Assembly: GCA_963825595.1 (NCBI GenBank)
Contig: CAWGUE010000011.1
Coordinates: 25,267 to 89,266, forward strand
Direction of reading: 5' to 3'
Source: an uncultured delta proteobacterium
GTDB taxonomy: Bacteria > Desulfobacterota > Desulfobacteria > Desulfobacterales > SG8-13
Length of the DNA: 64,000 bases
This document shows positions 16,773 through 27,600 of the stretch, one piece after another. Under the pieces are notes generated by a model, which was given only the letters and a program-made list of their open reading frames with translations, had not been told where the DNA came from and did not search any database. The position numbers and the translations under genes were made by a program. Position 1 is the stretch's first letter. Every line of letters begins with the position of its first letter.

Positions 16773-19700
16773 ATGATGGAAACCATGTCTCTTACCCCAA
16801 TCATGCTGATGCGATTCCTTGTGAAGCGCGGTATCGCCATTTTGTGTTTGTGTGCGGTCACCGCGGCCGTCGCAGAGGCTGATTTTTCAGGGGAAACCGG
16901 AGTGAGGGAGACCGCTTCGCGCGGAGCCACGTCCGAGATTCATCTGCCGGCCGACCAGCCCTTCACGCCTTGGATCCATGACCCGGCCATATTCGAAGAG
17001 AACGAGGGCGATCGCACGGAGATGGGCGAGACCATCGAACAGGATGCCAAAACGATCAAGGTCGATAACCTGGTTCCGTCGATCCATTTCGACCTGGGCG
17101 AAGCGGAGATTCCCGCGGACTACCTTGAGCGTCTTCGCGAGGTCCTCGACAGCATGCGCGATCGCCTCAACGTGCGACTCCACTTTATAGGTCATACCGA
17201 CAATCTGCCGCTCCGCGATGCCTTGCAAAAACGTTATGGCGACAACGTCGGGCTATCGCGCGAGCGGGCGGGCACCACTGCCGAATATTGCCAACGCGCC
17301 CTGAACCTTCCACCCGAAGCCATTTCCTACGAAGGGCGCGGCGACAGCCAGCCCGTTGCCGACAATGCAACCGAGGAAGGGCGTCAGCTCAACCGGCGTG
17401 TGGAAGTGCAGGTCTGGTACGATGAGATCGTTGAAAAGCTTGTCGAAACCGAAGTGATTGTCCCGCGTGAAGTGAGCCGCATCAAGGTCTGCCGGACCGA
17501 GACGGTTTGTAAGTTACGCTACAAGGAAGGCCATTCTCACCGCGCGCGCGTGAAGAATTTAATTACCCCGTTTCATTACGACGAAGGCATGGCGGATGTC
17601 CCCGAAACATTTCTGCGACAGGTCGGACATGCGTTGAACAACCTTCGCGCCAAACAGAATCTGGTCGTCAAATTCATCGCTTACACCGATAACATTCCGC
17701 TGAAAGCACGGGACGAGCGCATCTACGGCGACCACACTGGGCTTTCCAAAGCGGTTGCCCGTCGCATTTCACTTGCCGTTCAGGAAGACATGCAATTGCC
17801 CAATGCCGCCATAGAAAGCGAGGGCAGAGGTGCGTCACAACCGGTGGCCTCCAACGATACGCAGCAGGGCCGGGCGCTGAATCGGCGCGTGGAGGTGGAA
17901 TTCTGGCATGACGACCCCCTGCAGGATCTGCCCGATGAGCCCCAACTATGCCCGGACGCTGCCGGTGCCGAGACTGTCGTGCGAATTTACAACGCATCCT
18001 CGGGGCCTATCGATCCGATCCTGTTCGCGAACGGCCAACCGGTTGTGCCCGCCGGCTACACCGAGCATTTACAGCGCGTCATGGATGAGATCAGCGACAA
18101 GACCCATGTTCGATTGCGATTTGTCGGCTATACCGGCAACAAACGTCTGGATCGACGCACGGCGGCGGTTTACGGAGATGACATTGGCTTGTCCATTGCG
18201 CGCGCACGTCGTGCCATGGGGGCTGTCAGCAAGCAGATGGGGTTGACAGAGGGGCAGGCTGAATTCGACGGGCGCGGCTATGTCCAGTCCGATGACGTGG
18301 TGAACGCCGGTTTCATCGAATCCGATACCTCGCGTGTCCGGGTGCAGGTGGTCTACGATGAGCCTGTTCTGCTCGATGACTACGAGGGGGTCGAGATCAC
18401 ACCCATAACCCGCGAGGTAACCACGGCCGATCCTTTCGGGCTGAATCTCATGCGCATCACGGTCGACGGAAAGCCGCTCGACGATCCGGGTAAATGCAGC
18501 TCGGACGTGCAGCGCTGTACCGACGTGGCCCTTGAAAACGCTCAAATCCAATTCAAATACGACAGCTTGAAACCGGTACCGCGGTTGAACGTGACCGCTT
18601 GGCCGCGCACGATCCGCTACCAGGACAAAGAGGATACGGCATTTGCAGAAAACCTGGTGCGCTTCCGCCTGTATACCAACTACCGCAGCTTCATCGAGCG
18701 GGCGGAAGTTAGAATTTTCAGAGAGAAACAGTCCGTCCGCGATGTGCCCATCGCTGTCATTGCCATGGACGCTGACGGTATGGCCCAATGGCAGGCTGAG
18801 TTCGCGGTCTTCTCGGCGCCGGTGGAAAAGTTGCAATACCTGGTGCGGGTTTACGACAAGCAGGGATATTTTGACGAGACGAAGACCCAACCTCTGTGGG
18901 TGGTCGATCAGATCGACCCCTCGGCTGCCGAAGCGGATCCCGGTCAGGAACTGCTGGTTGGTTATGGCGAAAGTCGTATCGCCAGCCGTAACATCCCGCT
19001 CAGCGGCGGTACGGTGCAGGTATACGGCACCGCGATACCGCAAGGACACCGTGTCTGGCTGGCCGGTTATGCCGTACCCGTGGACAACACAGGCAGTTTC
19101 GTCGCTGAACAAATACTGCCGGGGGGGATTCATACCGTCGAGGTGGGTGTTCTGGACAATTTCGGCAACGGCGAGCTTTTCCTGCGCGACCTTGAACTGA
19201 AAAAAAGCGACTGGTTTACCGTGGGGATCGCCGACCTGACCGTATCCGGAAACAAGACCGATGGGCCGGCCGAATTGCTCGCGCCGGATACTCCCGAATA
19301 CAGTGAAGACATGAGCTTCGCCGGTCGACTGGCGTTTTACACAAATGGCCAATTCAAAAACGGCTGGTCACTGACGGCGAGCGCCGATACGCGCGAAGGA
19401 CCTCTGGACGAGATTTTCACCAACTTCATGGACAAGTCCCCCGAGGCCCTGTTTAGAAGGTTGGACACGGATGTCCACTACCCGACATTCGGCGATGACA
19501 GCACCGTCGTTGAAGATGCGCCGACCAAGGGCAAGTTTTACGTCAAAATGGAAAAAGATGAAACCTACGGGCTCTGGGGCAACTTCATGATCGGATACAA
19601 CGATAATGATCTGGTGCGGGTGGATCGCGGCCTGTACGGTGCCAATCTGCATTACCAGCCCCTTGGCATCACCGGTTTCGGCGAACCACGCCTCCTTTTG

Positions 19701-21887
19701 GACGGGTTTGCGGCGGATCCGGGCACCGTGGCCGGGCGCGATGAGTTTCTCGGAACGGGCGGGTCGCTTTATTTTCTAAAACGGCAGGACGTATTAATGG
19801 GATCCGAGCGGGTACGCATCGAAGTCCGCGACAAGGCTTCCGGGATTGTTCTGGAGGTCAAGAATCTGACGCCAGTCCTCGATTACGACATCGACTATCT
19901 GCAAGGACGAATCCTGCTGGCCCAACCCCTGTCAGCAACGGCAGACGACCGTCTGCTGGTGCGCAGTGACTCGATCAGCGGGAATCCGGCTTTTCTGGTG
20001 GTTCGTTATGAATTCACCCCCGGATTCGAAGAGCCGGACACGCTGGCGGTCGGCGGCAGGGTTCATTACTGGCTCAATGATTACATGAAGGTCGGTGTGA
20101 CCGCCAGCCGAGATGAAGAGGCGGACATCGAAAACAGGTTGGGCGGAGCGGATGTGACCCTGCGCAAGTCCGCGGAGTCTTGGCTCAGGCTGGAAGCCGG
20201 CAACAGCAAAGGGCCGGGAGTGCTATCGACGACCTCCGTTGACGGCGGTTTCGACTTTATTCCCGCAGATTCCTTCGGCGGTGTCGAGGCCGACGCGTCA
20301 GCCTATCGGGTCGATGCCAGTGTCGGCGTCAAGGATTTCTTCGACAATGGGCGCGGCCGTGTCACCCTTTACATGCAGGATCTGGGGGCGGGGTATTCGG
20401 CACCGGGCCTGGCCACTGCCCGGGATCTGACCCAATACGGCGGAACGGCGGCGCTACCTATTACCGACCGTTTAGGTGCTCAATTAAAGGTGGATATGCA
20501 AGTTCAGCGTGAGGGACTCGACACGCAGACCGGCGAGCTGGATCTTGATTACCGGATGGGTGAGCATTGGACTTTGAGTTCCGGTGTGCGTCATGACAAC
20601 CGCGAGGACAACTCGCCGGTCGTGCCGGAAACCCAGGAAGAGGGTGACCGCACGGATGCAGTGGCCCAGCTGCTGTACGATTCCCATAAACGCTGGACAA
20701 CCTATGGTTTCGCCCAGGGAACGATTCAGACCAGCGGCAATCGCGAGGACAACAACCGCATCGGTGCCGGTGGCAGTTGGCGTTTGACCGACCGGTTCAA
20801 CGTGGCCGGTGAGGTTTCCGGTGGAGATCTTGGCCCGGGTGGCCGGCTCGGGACCGAGTACCTGTATTCCGACCGGACCACGCTTTACAACAACTATACC
20901 CTCGAGAACGAACGCACCGATAATGGCCTGCGCGCCAGGAAGGGCAACTTGGCTTCCGGTTTTCGCACGCGATATTCCGACAGCGCCAGCGTCTACCTCG
21001 AAGAGCGCTATGTCCATGGCGATGTGCCCACCGGGCTGACGCATGCCACCGGTGTTGACCTCGCGCCGACCGATCGCCTTAATTTAGGCGCGAATCTCGA
21101 TTTCGGCACTCTCGTGGACCGACAGACCGCGGCCGAATTGGAGAGATTCGCATTGGGTGTGAGCGCCGGTTACGGGTTCGACAAGTTAAAGATCGCCAGC
21201 GCCCTGGAATATCTGGTCGAAAATACCGAGCAGCCGGATACCAGTTTTTCCAAACGCACCACCTGGTTGTTTAAAAACAGCTTAAAGTACCAACTGTCCG
21301 AAGACTGGCGCATCATCGGTAAATTCAATTATGCCGTGAGTGAGAGTTCGCTGGGAGAGTTCTTTGACGGCGATTACACCGAAGCGGTCCTGGGCTACGC
21401 GTATCGCCCCGTCCAGAATGACCGTCTGAATGCGCTCTTCAAATACACGTATTTCTACAATCTGCCGACCGCCGATCAGGTGGCCGGCACGGCTACTGGC
21501 GTCATTCAGCGCAGCCACATCGGTGCGGTGGATGTCATATACGATCTGACACCCCGCTGGACTGTGGGCGGCAAGTACGCCTACCGCCATGGTCAGGTGG
21601 CCCAGGATCGGGAAAATCCGGAGTTCTTCGACAGTCGTGCCCACCTGTATGTGCTCCGTGCGGACTGGCACTTCCTCCACCGCTGGGATGCGCTTTTCGA
21701 GTTGCGCCTACTCGATCTGCCGGATGCACAAGACAGCCGCAGCGGGGCGCTGGTGGGACTATACCGCCACCTTGGCAATCACATGAAGCTGGGGGTCGGC
21801 TATAACTTCAGTGATTTTTCGGATGATCTGACCCAAATGGATTACCGCCACCAGGGGCTGTTCATCAATGTGATCGGGAAGATGTAA
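16773..21887 (+). CDS. Giant outer-membrane protein: signal peptide, three tandem OmpA_C-like peptidoglycan-binding modules, long beta-rich C-terminal region (putative barrel)
   Basis: Three OmpA-type units are present: HFIGHTDNLPL..GLSRERA..GRGDSQPVADN..NRRVEVQVW; KFIAYTDNIPL..GLSKAVA..GRGASQPVASN..NRRVEVEFW; RFVGYTGNKRL..GLSIARA..GRGYVQSDD. The C-terminal ~700 aa has an alternating aromatic/Gly strand pattern (KLGVGYNFSDF, RWTVGGKYAYRHGQ). It starts 4 nt after the adhesin stop. Confidence 0.8.
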   Translation: MMETMSLTPIMLMRFLVKRGIAILCLCAVTAAVAEADFSGETGVRETASRGATSEIHLPADQPFTPWIHDPAIFEENEGDRTEMGETIEQDAKTIKVDNLVPSIHFDLGEAEIPADYLERLREVLDSMRDRLNVRLHFIGHTDNLPLRDALQKRYGDNVGLSRERAGTTAEYCQRALNLPPEAISYEGRGDSQPVADNATEEGRQLNRRVEVQVWYDEIVEKLVETEVIVPREVSRIKVCRTETVCKLRYKEGHSHRARVKNLITPFHYDEGMADVPETFLRQVGHALNNLRAKQNLVVKFIAYTDNIPLKARDERIYGDHTGLSKAVARRISLAVQEDMQLPNAAIESEGRGASQPVASNDTQQGRALNRRVEVEFWHDDPLQDLPDEPQLCPDAAGAETVVRIYNASSGPIDPILFANGQPVVPAGYTEHLQRVMDEISDKTHVRLRFVGYTGNKRLDRRTAAVYGDDIGLSIARARRAMGAVSKQMGLTEGQAEFDGRGYVQSDDVVNAGFIESDTSRVRVQVVYDEPVLLDDYEGVEITPITREVTTADPFGLNLMRITVDGKPLDDPGKCSSDVQRCTDVALENAQIQFKYDSLKPVPRLNVTAWPRTIRYQDKEDTAFAENLVRFRLYTNYRSFIERAEVRIFREKQSVRDVPIAVIAMDADGMAQWQAEFAVFSAPVEKLQYLVRVYDKQGYFDETKTQPLWVVDQIDPSAAEADPGQELLVGYGESRIASRNIPLSGGTVQVYGTAIPQGHRVWLAGYAVPVDNTGSFVAEQILPGGIHTVEVGVLDNFGNGELFLRDLELKKSDWFTVGIADLTVSGNKTDGPAELLAPDTPEYSEDMSFAGRLAFYTNGQFKNGWSLTASADTREGPLDEIFTNFMDKSPEALFRRLDTDVHYPTFGDDSTVVEDAPTKGKFYVKMEKDETYGLWGNFMIGYNDNDLVRVDRGLYGANLHYQPLGITGFGEPRLLLDGFAADPGTVAGRDEFLGTGGSLYFLKRQDVLMGSERVRIEVRDKASGIVLEVKNLTPVLDYDIDYLQGRILLAQPLSATADDRLLVRSDSISGNPAFLVVRYEFTPGFEEPDTLAVGGRVHYWLNDYMKVGVTASRDEEADIENRLGGADVTLRKSAESWLRLEAGNSKGPGVLSTTSVDGGFDFIPADSFGGVEADASAYRVDASVGVKDFFDNGRGRVTLYMQDLGAGYSAPGLATARDLTQYGGTAALPITDRLGAQLKVDMQVQREGLDTQTGELDLDYRMGEHWTLSSGVRHDNREDNSPVVPETQEEGDRTDAVAQLLYDSHKRWTTYGFAQGTIQTSGNREDNNRIGAGGSWRLTDRFNVAGEVSGGDLGPGGRLGTEYLYSDRTTLYNNYTLENERTDNGLRARKGNLASGFRTRYSDSASVYLEERYVHGDVPTGLTHATGVDLAPTDRLNLGANLDFGTLVDRQTAAELERFALGVSAGYGFDKLKIASALEYLVENTEQPDTSFSKRTTWLFKNSLKYQLSEDWRIIGKFNYAVSESSLGEFFDGDYTEAVLGYAYRPVQNDRLNALFKYTYFYNLPTADQVAGTATGVIQRSHIGAVDVIYDLTPRWTVGGKYAYRHGQVAQDRENPEFFDSRAHLYVLRADWHFLHRWDALFELRLLDLPDAQDSRSGALVGLYRHLGNHMKLGVGYNFSDFSDDLTQMDYRHQGLFINVIGKM

Positions 21888-22010
21888 TAACGTGAATATT
21901 GAACGAAAACTACAAACAGTTGTGAATCAGCCATGATGAAGAATGGTTATACAGTTTTTGGAAACAATGCTAACCGCTTGCGGTTTGAGCATTCGATCCT
22001 TCGGATGTCT

Positions 22011-22050
22011 TATTTAGTGCCCATCCGCGGTTTCATAAAGGGCACTGATA
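22011..22050 (+). repeat. Hairpin repeat module (agtgccc...gggcact) 3' of the OmpA-barrel gene
   Basis: tatttagtgcccatccgcggtttcataaagggcactgata recurs as a reverse complement at 44921-44957, 3' of an unrelated minus-strand gene. Both copies are in the sense orientation of the upstream gene. Confidence 0.6.
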
Positions 22051-22266
22051 AGTTTCCGATCCAGAAATGTGCAATTTTTCGCAAGTTCAAGGAAATCAAG
22101 GAATTGTGCGGAGGCATACTTCTGTATGCCGCACAAGCGATTTCGCCGATTGACGCCGAAATTGCGGAAAAGGGCCATTTATGGACGGAAACTAATTAAG
22201 ACACCGGAAACCCGACGCTTATTACGGGGATGACCTTTAATGACGAACCAAGGTGAGGAGGCCAAC

Positions 22267-22779
22267 ATGCGCTGCTGGCTGAAAGCGATTATTCTGGGGA
22301 TTTCAATGTTTGGGTTGAGCCTTGCGGCTTATGGCCAGGAAGTCTCCAGAGAACAAATCAAGGGCCTTGATGAACAGGTCCAGGAAATCAAGAGTGATGT
22401 TCTGCGTATTGCCGCGGAACTGCACCAGCTTGAAGAGAAGCTACTCTATCCATCCAACACGCAGGTTGCCGTCTTCGTGTCGCTTGCCAACGACACCACG
22501 TTCCGTCTCGACTCGGTCGAGATCCAGCTGAGCGGCAAACCGGTCGCCCATCACATCTACACCTTCAAAGAGCTTGAAGCTCTCCAAAAGGGTGGTGTGC
22601 AGCGCATTTACACCGGCAATATCCGAACCGGTGGACATGATCTACAAGTGACCGCTACCGGAAAATCCGCCGGAGGCACCGATATCCAGCAAACGGATCG
22701 CTTCAGGGTCAATAAGGATGTGGGCCCCAAAATCGTGGAATTATCACTTGCAGCCCATAGCATTGCGCTTAAGGAGTAA
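22267..22779 (+). CDS. Secreted 170-aa protein (signal peptide + short coiled coil + beta-rich domain), first gene of motor cluster
   Basis: A GAGGAGG RBS precedes the ATG at 22267. MRCWLKAIILGISMFGLSLAAYGQ looks like a signal peptide. I recognise no family. Confidence 0.6.
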   Translation: MRCWLKAIILGISMFGLSLAAYGQEVSREQIKGLDEQVQEIKSDVLRIAAELHQLEEKLLYPSNTQVAVFVSLANDTTFRLDSVEIQLSGKPVAHHIYTFKELEALQKGGVQRIYTGNIRTGGHDLQVTATGKSAGGTDIQQTDRFRVNKDVGPKIVELSLAAHSIALKE

Positions 22780-22786
22780 GTCGTTC

Positions 22787-24679
22787 ATGTCCAGGCTGAT
22801 CGTTTTACTGACAAGTCTGCTGTTCTTCATTGCCTCTTCGGCGGCGGCCGATCGTTCCGCTCCCAAAGAGCTGAAGGATCTCTATTTCGGAGAGGCCTTG
22901 TACTGCGCCTATCAAGGAGACTGGTTCGATTCGATCGCCAGGCTCGACATCGAGCTGGGACAGCATCATGGGCTCGATGAACCTGAGCGCGACACTCTAT
23001 ACTACCATATCAACCAGGCCGAGTTCGCCGTGGGTGATTTTGAACTGGCCTACCGGATGCACCATCGCGCCGGACGAGCTATTAAACGGGTCATCGAGGG
23101 CAACGTTGAGGAGCAGGTGCGCAACGAGGCCATCTTCCGTCTGGCCCGGATCTACTTCCAGAAAGATCAGCCGGTCAATGCCCTGCATGCCGTGGACCGC
23201 ATCCATGGCGACGTTCCTGAAAGGATTCGCGACGACGTGGCTTTCCTGCGCGCCCATATCCTCATGGCCAACGGCCGTTTCGTCGAGGCCGCAGAAATTC
23301 TGCAAAGGCTTCAGGGGGTCAAAAGCCTTGAAGGATTCAGTTCCTATAACCTCGGTATTGCACTGATGAAGGACGGTAAGGTGCAGGAGGGGCGCCAGTG
23401 TCTCGACCGTACGGGCCAGATCAGCGCCAAAGACCCCGCCACACTGGCGATAAAGGACAAATCGAATTTGGTCTTCGGCACCAAATTGCTGGAGGAAAAC
23501 AATTACGAGGGCGCCAAGCAGGTCCTCGACCGGGTGCGTTTGACCGGCCCCTTCTCCAACCGGGCCCTGCTGGGCGCAGGCTGGACCGATGCCTTCGAGG
23601 AACGTTTCGACAGGGCTCTGGTGCCCTGGAGTATCCTGGTTAACAGAGAGGTCACAGACGCTGCGGTTCAGGAAGCCATGCTCGCCGTACCCTATGCATA
23701 CGGCAAACTGAACGTGCACAGTAAAGCGGCGTTGCTGTACGGCAGTGCGCTCGAGAGGTTCGGCACCGAAATCGACAAGCTTGACGAATCCATCAAGAGT
23801 ATCCGCGAAGGACATTTTCTAAAAGCCCTGGTGCGGCAGGAACTGAAACAGGATGCCAATTGGGTCGTAAAGCTGCGCCGGCTGCCGCAAACACCAGAGA
23901 CATACTACTTGCTGGAATTAATGGCCTCCCACGATTTCCAGGAATCTCTTAAAAACTATCTTGATCTGGAGCAACTGCGCCAAAAGCTGCAAGCCTGGGA
24001 AGGGGATCTGGATGCTTTCGAAGAGATTATTGAACAGCGGCGGGCATATTACCATCCACTGCTGCCCGCCATCGACAGGGAATTTCGGCGGTTGGACTCG
24101 CAAATGCGCCTGCGCCTGGAACAGCGCGACCGTATCGAAAAACGCCTCAAGACCATGTTGGTTGTCCCGAACCCGGACTATCTGGCGACTTCCACGGAAA
24201 GGATCGTCAGCGAAAAGATCAATCATCTGGAACGCAACCTGTCGGCCGGTGGAGCGGCCATACCCACAGTGATCGGCGCCCGCATCGAACGTTTGCGGGG
24301 CGTTCTGAAGTGGAACATCTACACCGACTATGACCGACGATTCACTGAAGCGCATAAGCATCTTCAGGACCTGAATAGTGAGATCGACATGTTGAAGAAG
24401 CAGTATACCGCCTTTGTGCGCACCCGCCAGGCCGCCACGCAAAGTTACCAGGGTTACGGGGATGCGATCCGCCGCCAACGAATCCTGATTCGGGAGGCGC
24501 ATGAAAAAGTAGGACAACTGATGGCGCGTCAGGGCCATATGCTGGAACTCATGGCCGTAAATGAACTCAGCCGGCGTCGTGATCGGCTGGCCGAGTTCCA
24601 AATCAAGGCACGCTTTGCCATGGCGGACAGTTACGACCGTGCCACCAGGGCCCAGACCCAGGAGAGAGTGGGACGATGA
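22787..24679 (+). CDS. Secreted TPR-like + long coiled-coil protein (630 aa)
   Basis: An AAGGAG RBS precedes the ATG at 22787. The signal peptide is MSRLIVLLTSLLFFIASSAAA. The N-terminal half is TPR-like and helical, and the C-terminal ~300 aa is heptad-rich (LKNYLDLEQLRQKLQAWEGDLDAFEEIIEQRR). The stop overlaps the next start (ATGA). Confidence 0.65.
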   Translation: MSRLIVLLTSLLFFIASSAAADRSAPKELKDLYFGEALYCAYQGDWFDSIARLDIELGQHHGLDEPERDTLYYHINQAEFAVGDFELAYRMHHRAGRAIKRVIEGNVEEQVRNEAIFRLARIYFQKDQPVNALHAVDRIHGDVPERIRDDVAFLRAHILMANGRFVEAAEILQRLQGVKSLEGFSSYNLGIALMKDGKVQEGRQCLDRTGQISAKDPATLAIKDKSNLVFGTKLLEENNYEGAKQVLDRVRLTGPFSNRALLGAGWTDAFEERFDRALVPWSILVNREVTDAAVQEAMLAVPYAYGKLNVHSKAALLYGSALERFGTEIDKLDESIKSIREGHFLKALVRQELKQDANWVVKLRRLPQTPETYYLLELMASHDFQESLKNYLDLEQLRQKLQAWEGDLDAFEEIIEQRRAYYHPLLPAIDREFRRLDSQMRLRLEQRDRIEKRLKTMLVVPNPDYLATSTERIVSEKINHLERNLSAGGAAIPTVIGARIERLRGVLKWNIYTDYDRRFTEAHKHLQDLNSEIDMLKKQYTAFVRTRQAATQSYQGYGDAIRRQRILIREAHEKVGQLMARQGHMLELMAVNELSRRRDRLAEFQIKARFAMADSYDRATRAQTQERVGR

Positions 24680-27600
24680 ACTGGATCCGGCTATCTATAT
24701 TGACGCTATTGCTGATTTTATCGGCCTGCCAATCGATCGGTGACAAGGATACGATTGCCGGTTTGCGTCACGTGCAGATTGAGATCAAGGAAGAAAAGAT
24801 CGAAGGCGGGCTCGACAAGGCCATGCTGGGTTATCAGCGCTTTCTGGAAGAAACGCCGCAGTCGGACTTAACACCCGAGGCCATTCGTCGCCTGGCCGAT
24901 CTGAAGATCGAAAAAGAGTACGGTACGTTCACCGAGGGTACCGAAACTGCGGATCAGGATTCAGCAGCGGTGTTGCCCGCTCCCAAACCGGCAAAGGCGC
25001 TCTTCAAACACTCCCCTGCCAAACACCGGATCCCGTCAAGAGGGGGAGAGCGCGTACCGGCACCTGCTCCGACTCTGGAGTCCGAGACGGATTTTGAAAG
25101 GCGCGCGACCCGACCGGCGCATGTGCCTGCTGCCGCAGCGCCTATGGGTGAACACACCGAAGGGATGGATGATCTTGAAAGGGCCAGCGCCCGTGAGGCC
25201 ATCGAGCTCTACAATAAACTGCTCAACGATTACCCCCTTTACGACCGCAACGACCAGGTGCTGTACCAGATGTCCCGTGCCTATGAGGAATTGGGACAGC
25301 CTGAGGAAGCCATGACGGTCATGGACCGGATGGTCCGCGAATTTCCGCGCTCCCGCTATATCGATGAGGTTCAATTCCGGCGAGCTGAACGCTTCTTTGC
25401 CTACAAACATTATCTGGATGCCGAGGACGCTTACAAAAGCGTTGTGGATATCGGTGTCGGTTCGTCCTTCTATGAGCTTGCCCTGTATAAACTGGGCTGG
25501 ACGTTCTATAAGCAAGAGCTCTATGAAGACGGCCTGCATAACTTCGTTGCCCTCCTGGATCACAAGGTATCCGTGGGGTACGATTTCAAGCAGACCGAAG
25601 ACGAGGCTGAACACAAGCGGACGCAAGACACCTTCCGCGTTATCAGCCTGAGTTTTTCCAACCTCGGGGGATCCGATTCCGTGGTGGAATACTTCTCCCG
25701 TCTCGGCAAGCGCAGTTACGAGGACAGCGTTTACAGCAACCTGGCCGAATTTTACTTCGACAAGCGCCGTTATGCCGACGCCAGCGCTACCTATAACGCC
25801 TTCGTGAGCCGCAACCCATTCCACAAGGTAGCGCCGAACTTCCACATGCGGGTCATCGAAATTCATACCGCCGGCGGCTTCCCCAGTTTGGTCCTCGAGG
25901 CCAAAAAGGCTTTCGCCACCACCTACGGGTTGAAGGCCGAATACTGGACGTATCACGAATCCAGCGAGCGTTCGGACGTTCTGGGTCATTTAAAAACCAA
26001 CCTGACCGACCTGGCGAATCATTATCATGCTTGCTACCAGAACCCGAAAATGGCCGCCGAGAAACCGTCCAATTTCGAAGAGGCATTGCATTGGTATCGA
26101 GAGTATCTGACCTCATTTCCAATGGATACCGAATCGCCGGGCATCAACTACCAGTTGGCGGACCTGCTGCTCGAAAACAAGTCGTTTGGCGCAGCGGCAG
26201 TGGAGTACGAGAAGACCGCTTACGACTACCCATCCCACGACAAATCCTCCCACGCCGGCTATGCGGCGGTTTGCGCCTATCGGGAACACCTGGGCGCCGC
26301 CACGCCGGAAGGCAAAGATTGGATCAAGCGTGAGGTCGTGCGCAGTTCGCTCAAGTTCGCCGATACTTTTCCAGAACACGACAAGGCCGCTATCGTCCTC
26401 GGGGCGGCGGCAGACGATCTTTACGGCATGGAAGAATATGAGCAGGCGCTGGCTGCCGCGAACACACTCCTTGAGATATTCCCCGACACCGATGTTGATG
26501 TCGTCCGATCGGCCCGGCTGGTCATCGCCCATTCGTCTTATGAGCTTCAGCGATACAGCGAAGCCGAGACCGCTTATCTGGAAGTACTGGCCTTGCTGCC
26601 AACAGGCGACAAGACGCGCGATGGCCTGGTCGATAACCTGGCGGCATCGATTTACAAGCAGGGCGAACTGGCCAAAGCCGATGAGGATTATCGGGGTGCG
26701 GCGGACCACTTTTTGCGGGTGAGCCGGATGGCGCCAACCTCTACTATTCGGCCAACCGCTGAATACGATGCTTCCGCGGCGCTGATACAACTCAAGGACT
26801 GGGAGATGGCGGTCACCGTGCTTCTCGGATTCCGAAACACCTTCCCCGGGCACGAGCTGCAGCCCGAGGTGACCAAGAAGATCGCCTATGTCTACCGGGA
26901 AAACGGCCAACTCTCCCTGGCGGCCAGCGAATACGAGCGTATCGAAACAGAATCCAATGACGACGAAATCAGGCGTGAGGCCCTTCTGGTGGCAGCGGAA
27001 TTGCATGAAAAGGATGGCAACAGCCTTGGCACGCTCGAGGTTTACCGGCGGTATGTGAGCTATTTCCCTCAACCAGTGGAGCTTAACCTGGAAACGCGCA
27101 ACAAAATCGCCGATATCCTGAAGGCGCAGAACGACCGGATGTCCTATCTGAAAGAGCTCGAGGCGATCGTTGCGATTGACGCTTCTGCGGGTGCCGACCG
27201 AACACCCCGGACGCGTTACTTAGCCGCAAAGGCCGCCTTGGTTCTGGCCGAATCGCATTATGATCAGTTCGTGGCCGTCAGGCTGGTCAAACCCTTCGAG
27301 GTTAATCTGCGTAAAAAGCGCGATTTGATGAAGGCCGTCACGACTGAATTCAATAAACTCATCGATTATGAAATCGGAGAGATCACGGCCGCATCGACAT
27401 TCTATCTGGCCGAGATTTACGCCCACTTCTACAAAGCCTTGATGACCTCTGAGCGTCCTGACGGGCTGAGTCCCTTGGAACTGGAAGAATATGAACTGGC
27501 CATCGAAGAGCAAGCCTATCCGTTCGAAGAGAAGGCCATCGCCGTTCACGAGAGTAACCTCGAGCTGATCTCACGGGGCGTCTACAATGAGTGGGTCGAC

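Noticed and set aside
21933-22199. 88-aa ORF in the gap between the OmpA-barrel gene and the motor cluster.
   Set aside because: It overlaps the repeat modules (the hairpin at 22011 and the ggcatac/gtatgcc hairpin at ~22110). It has no RBS and a low-complexity translation.
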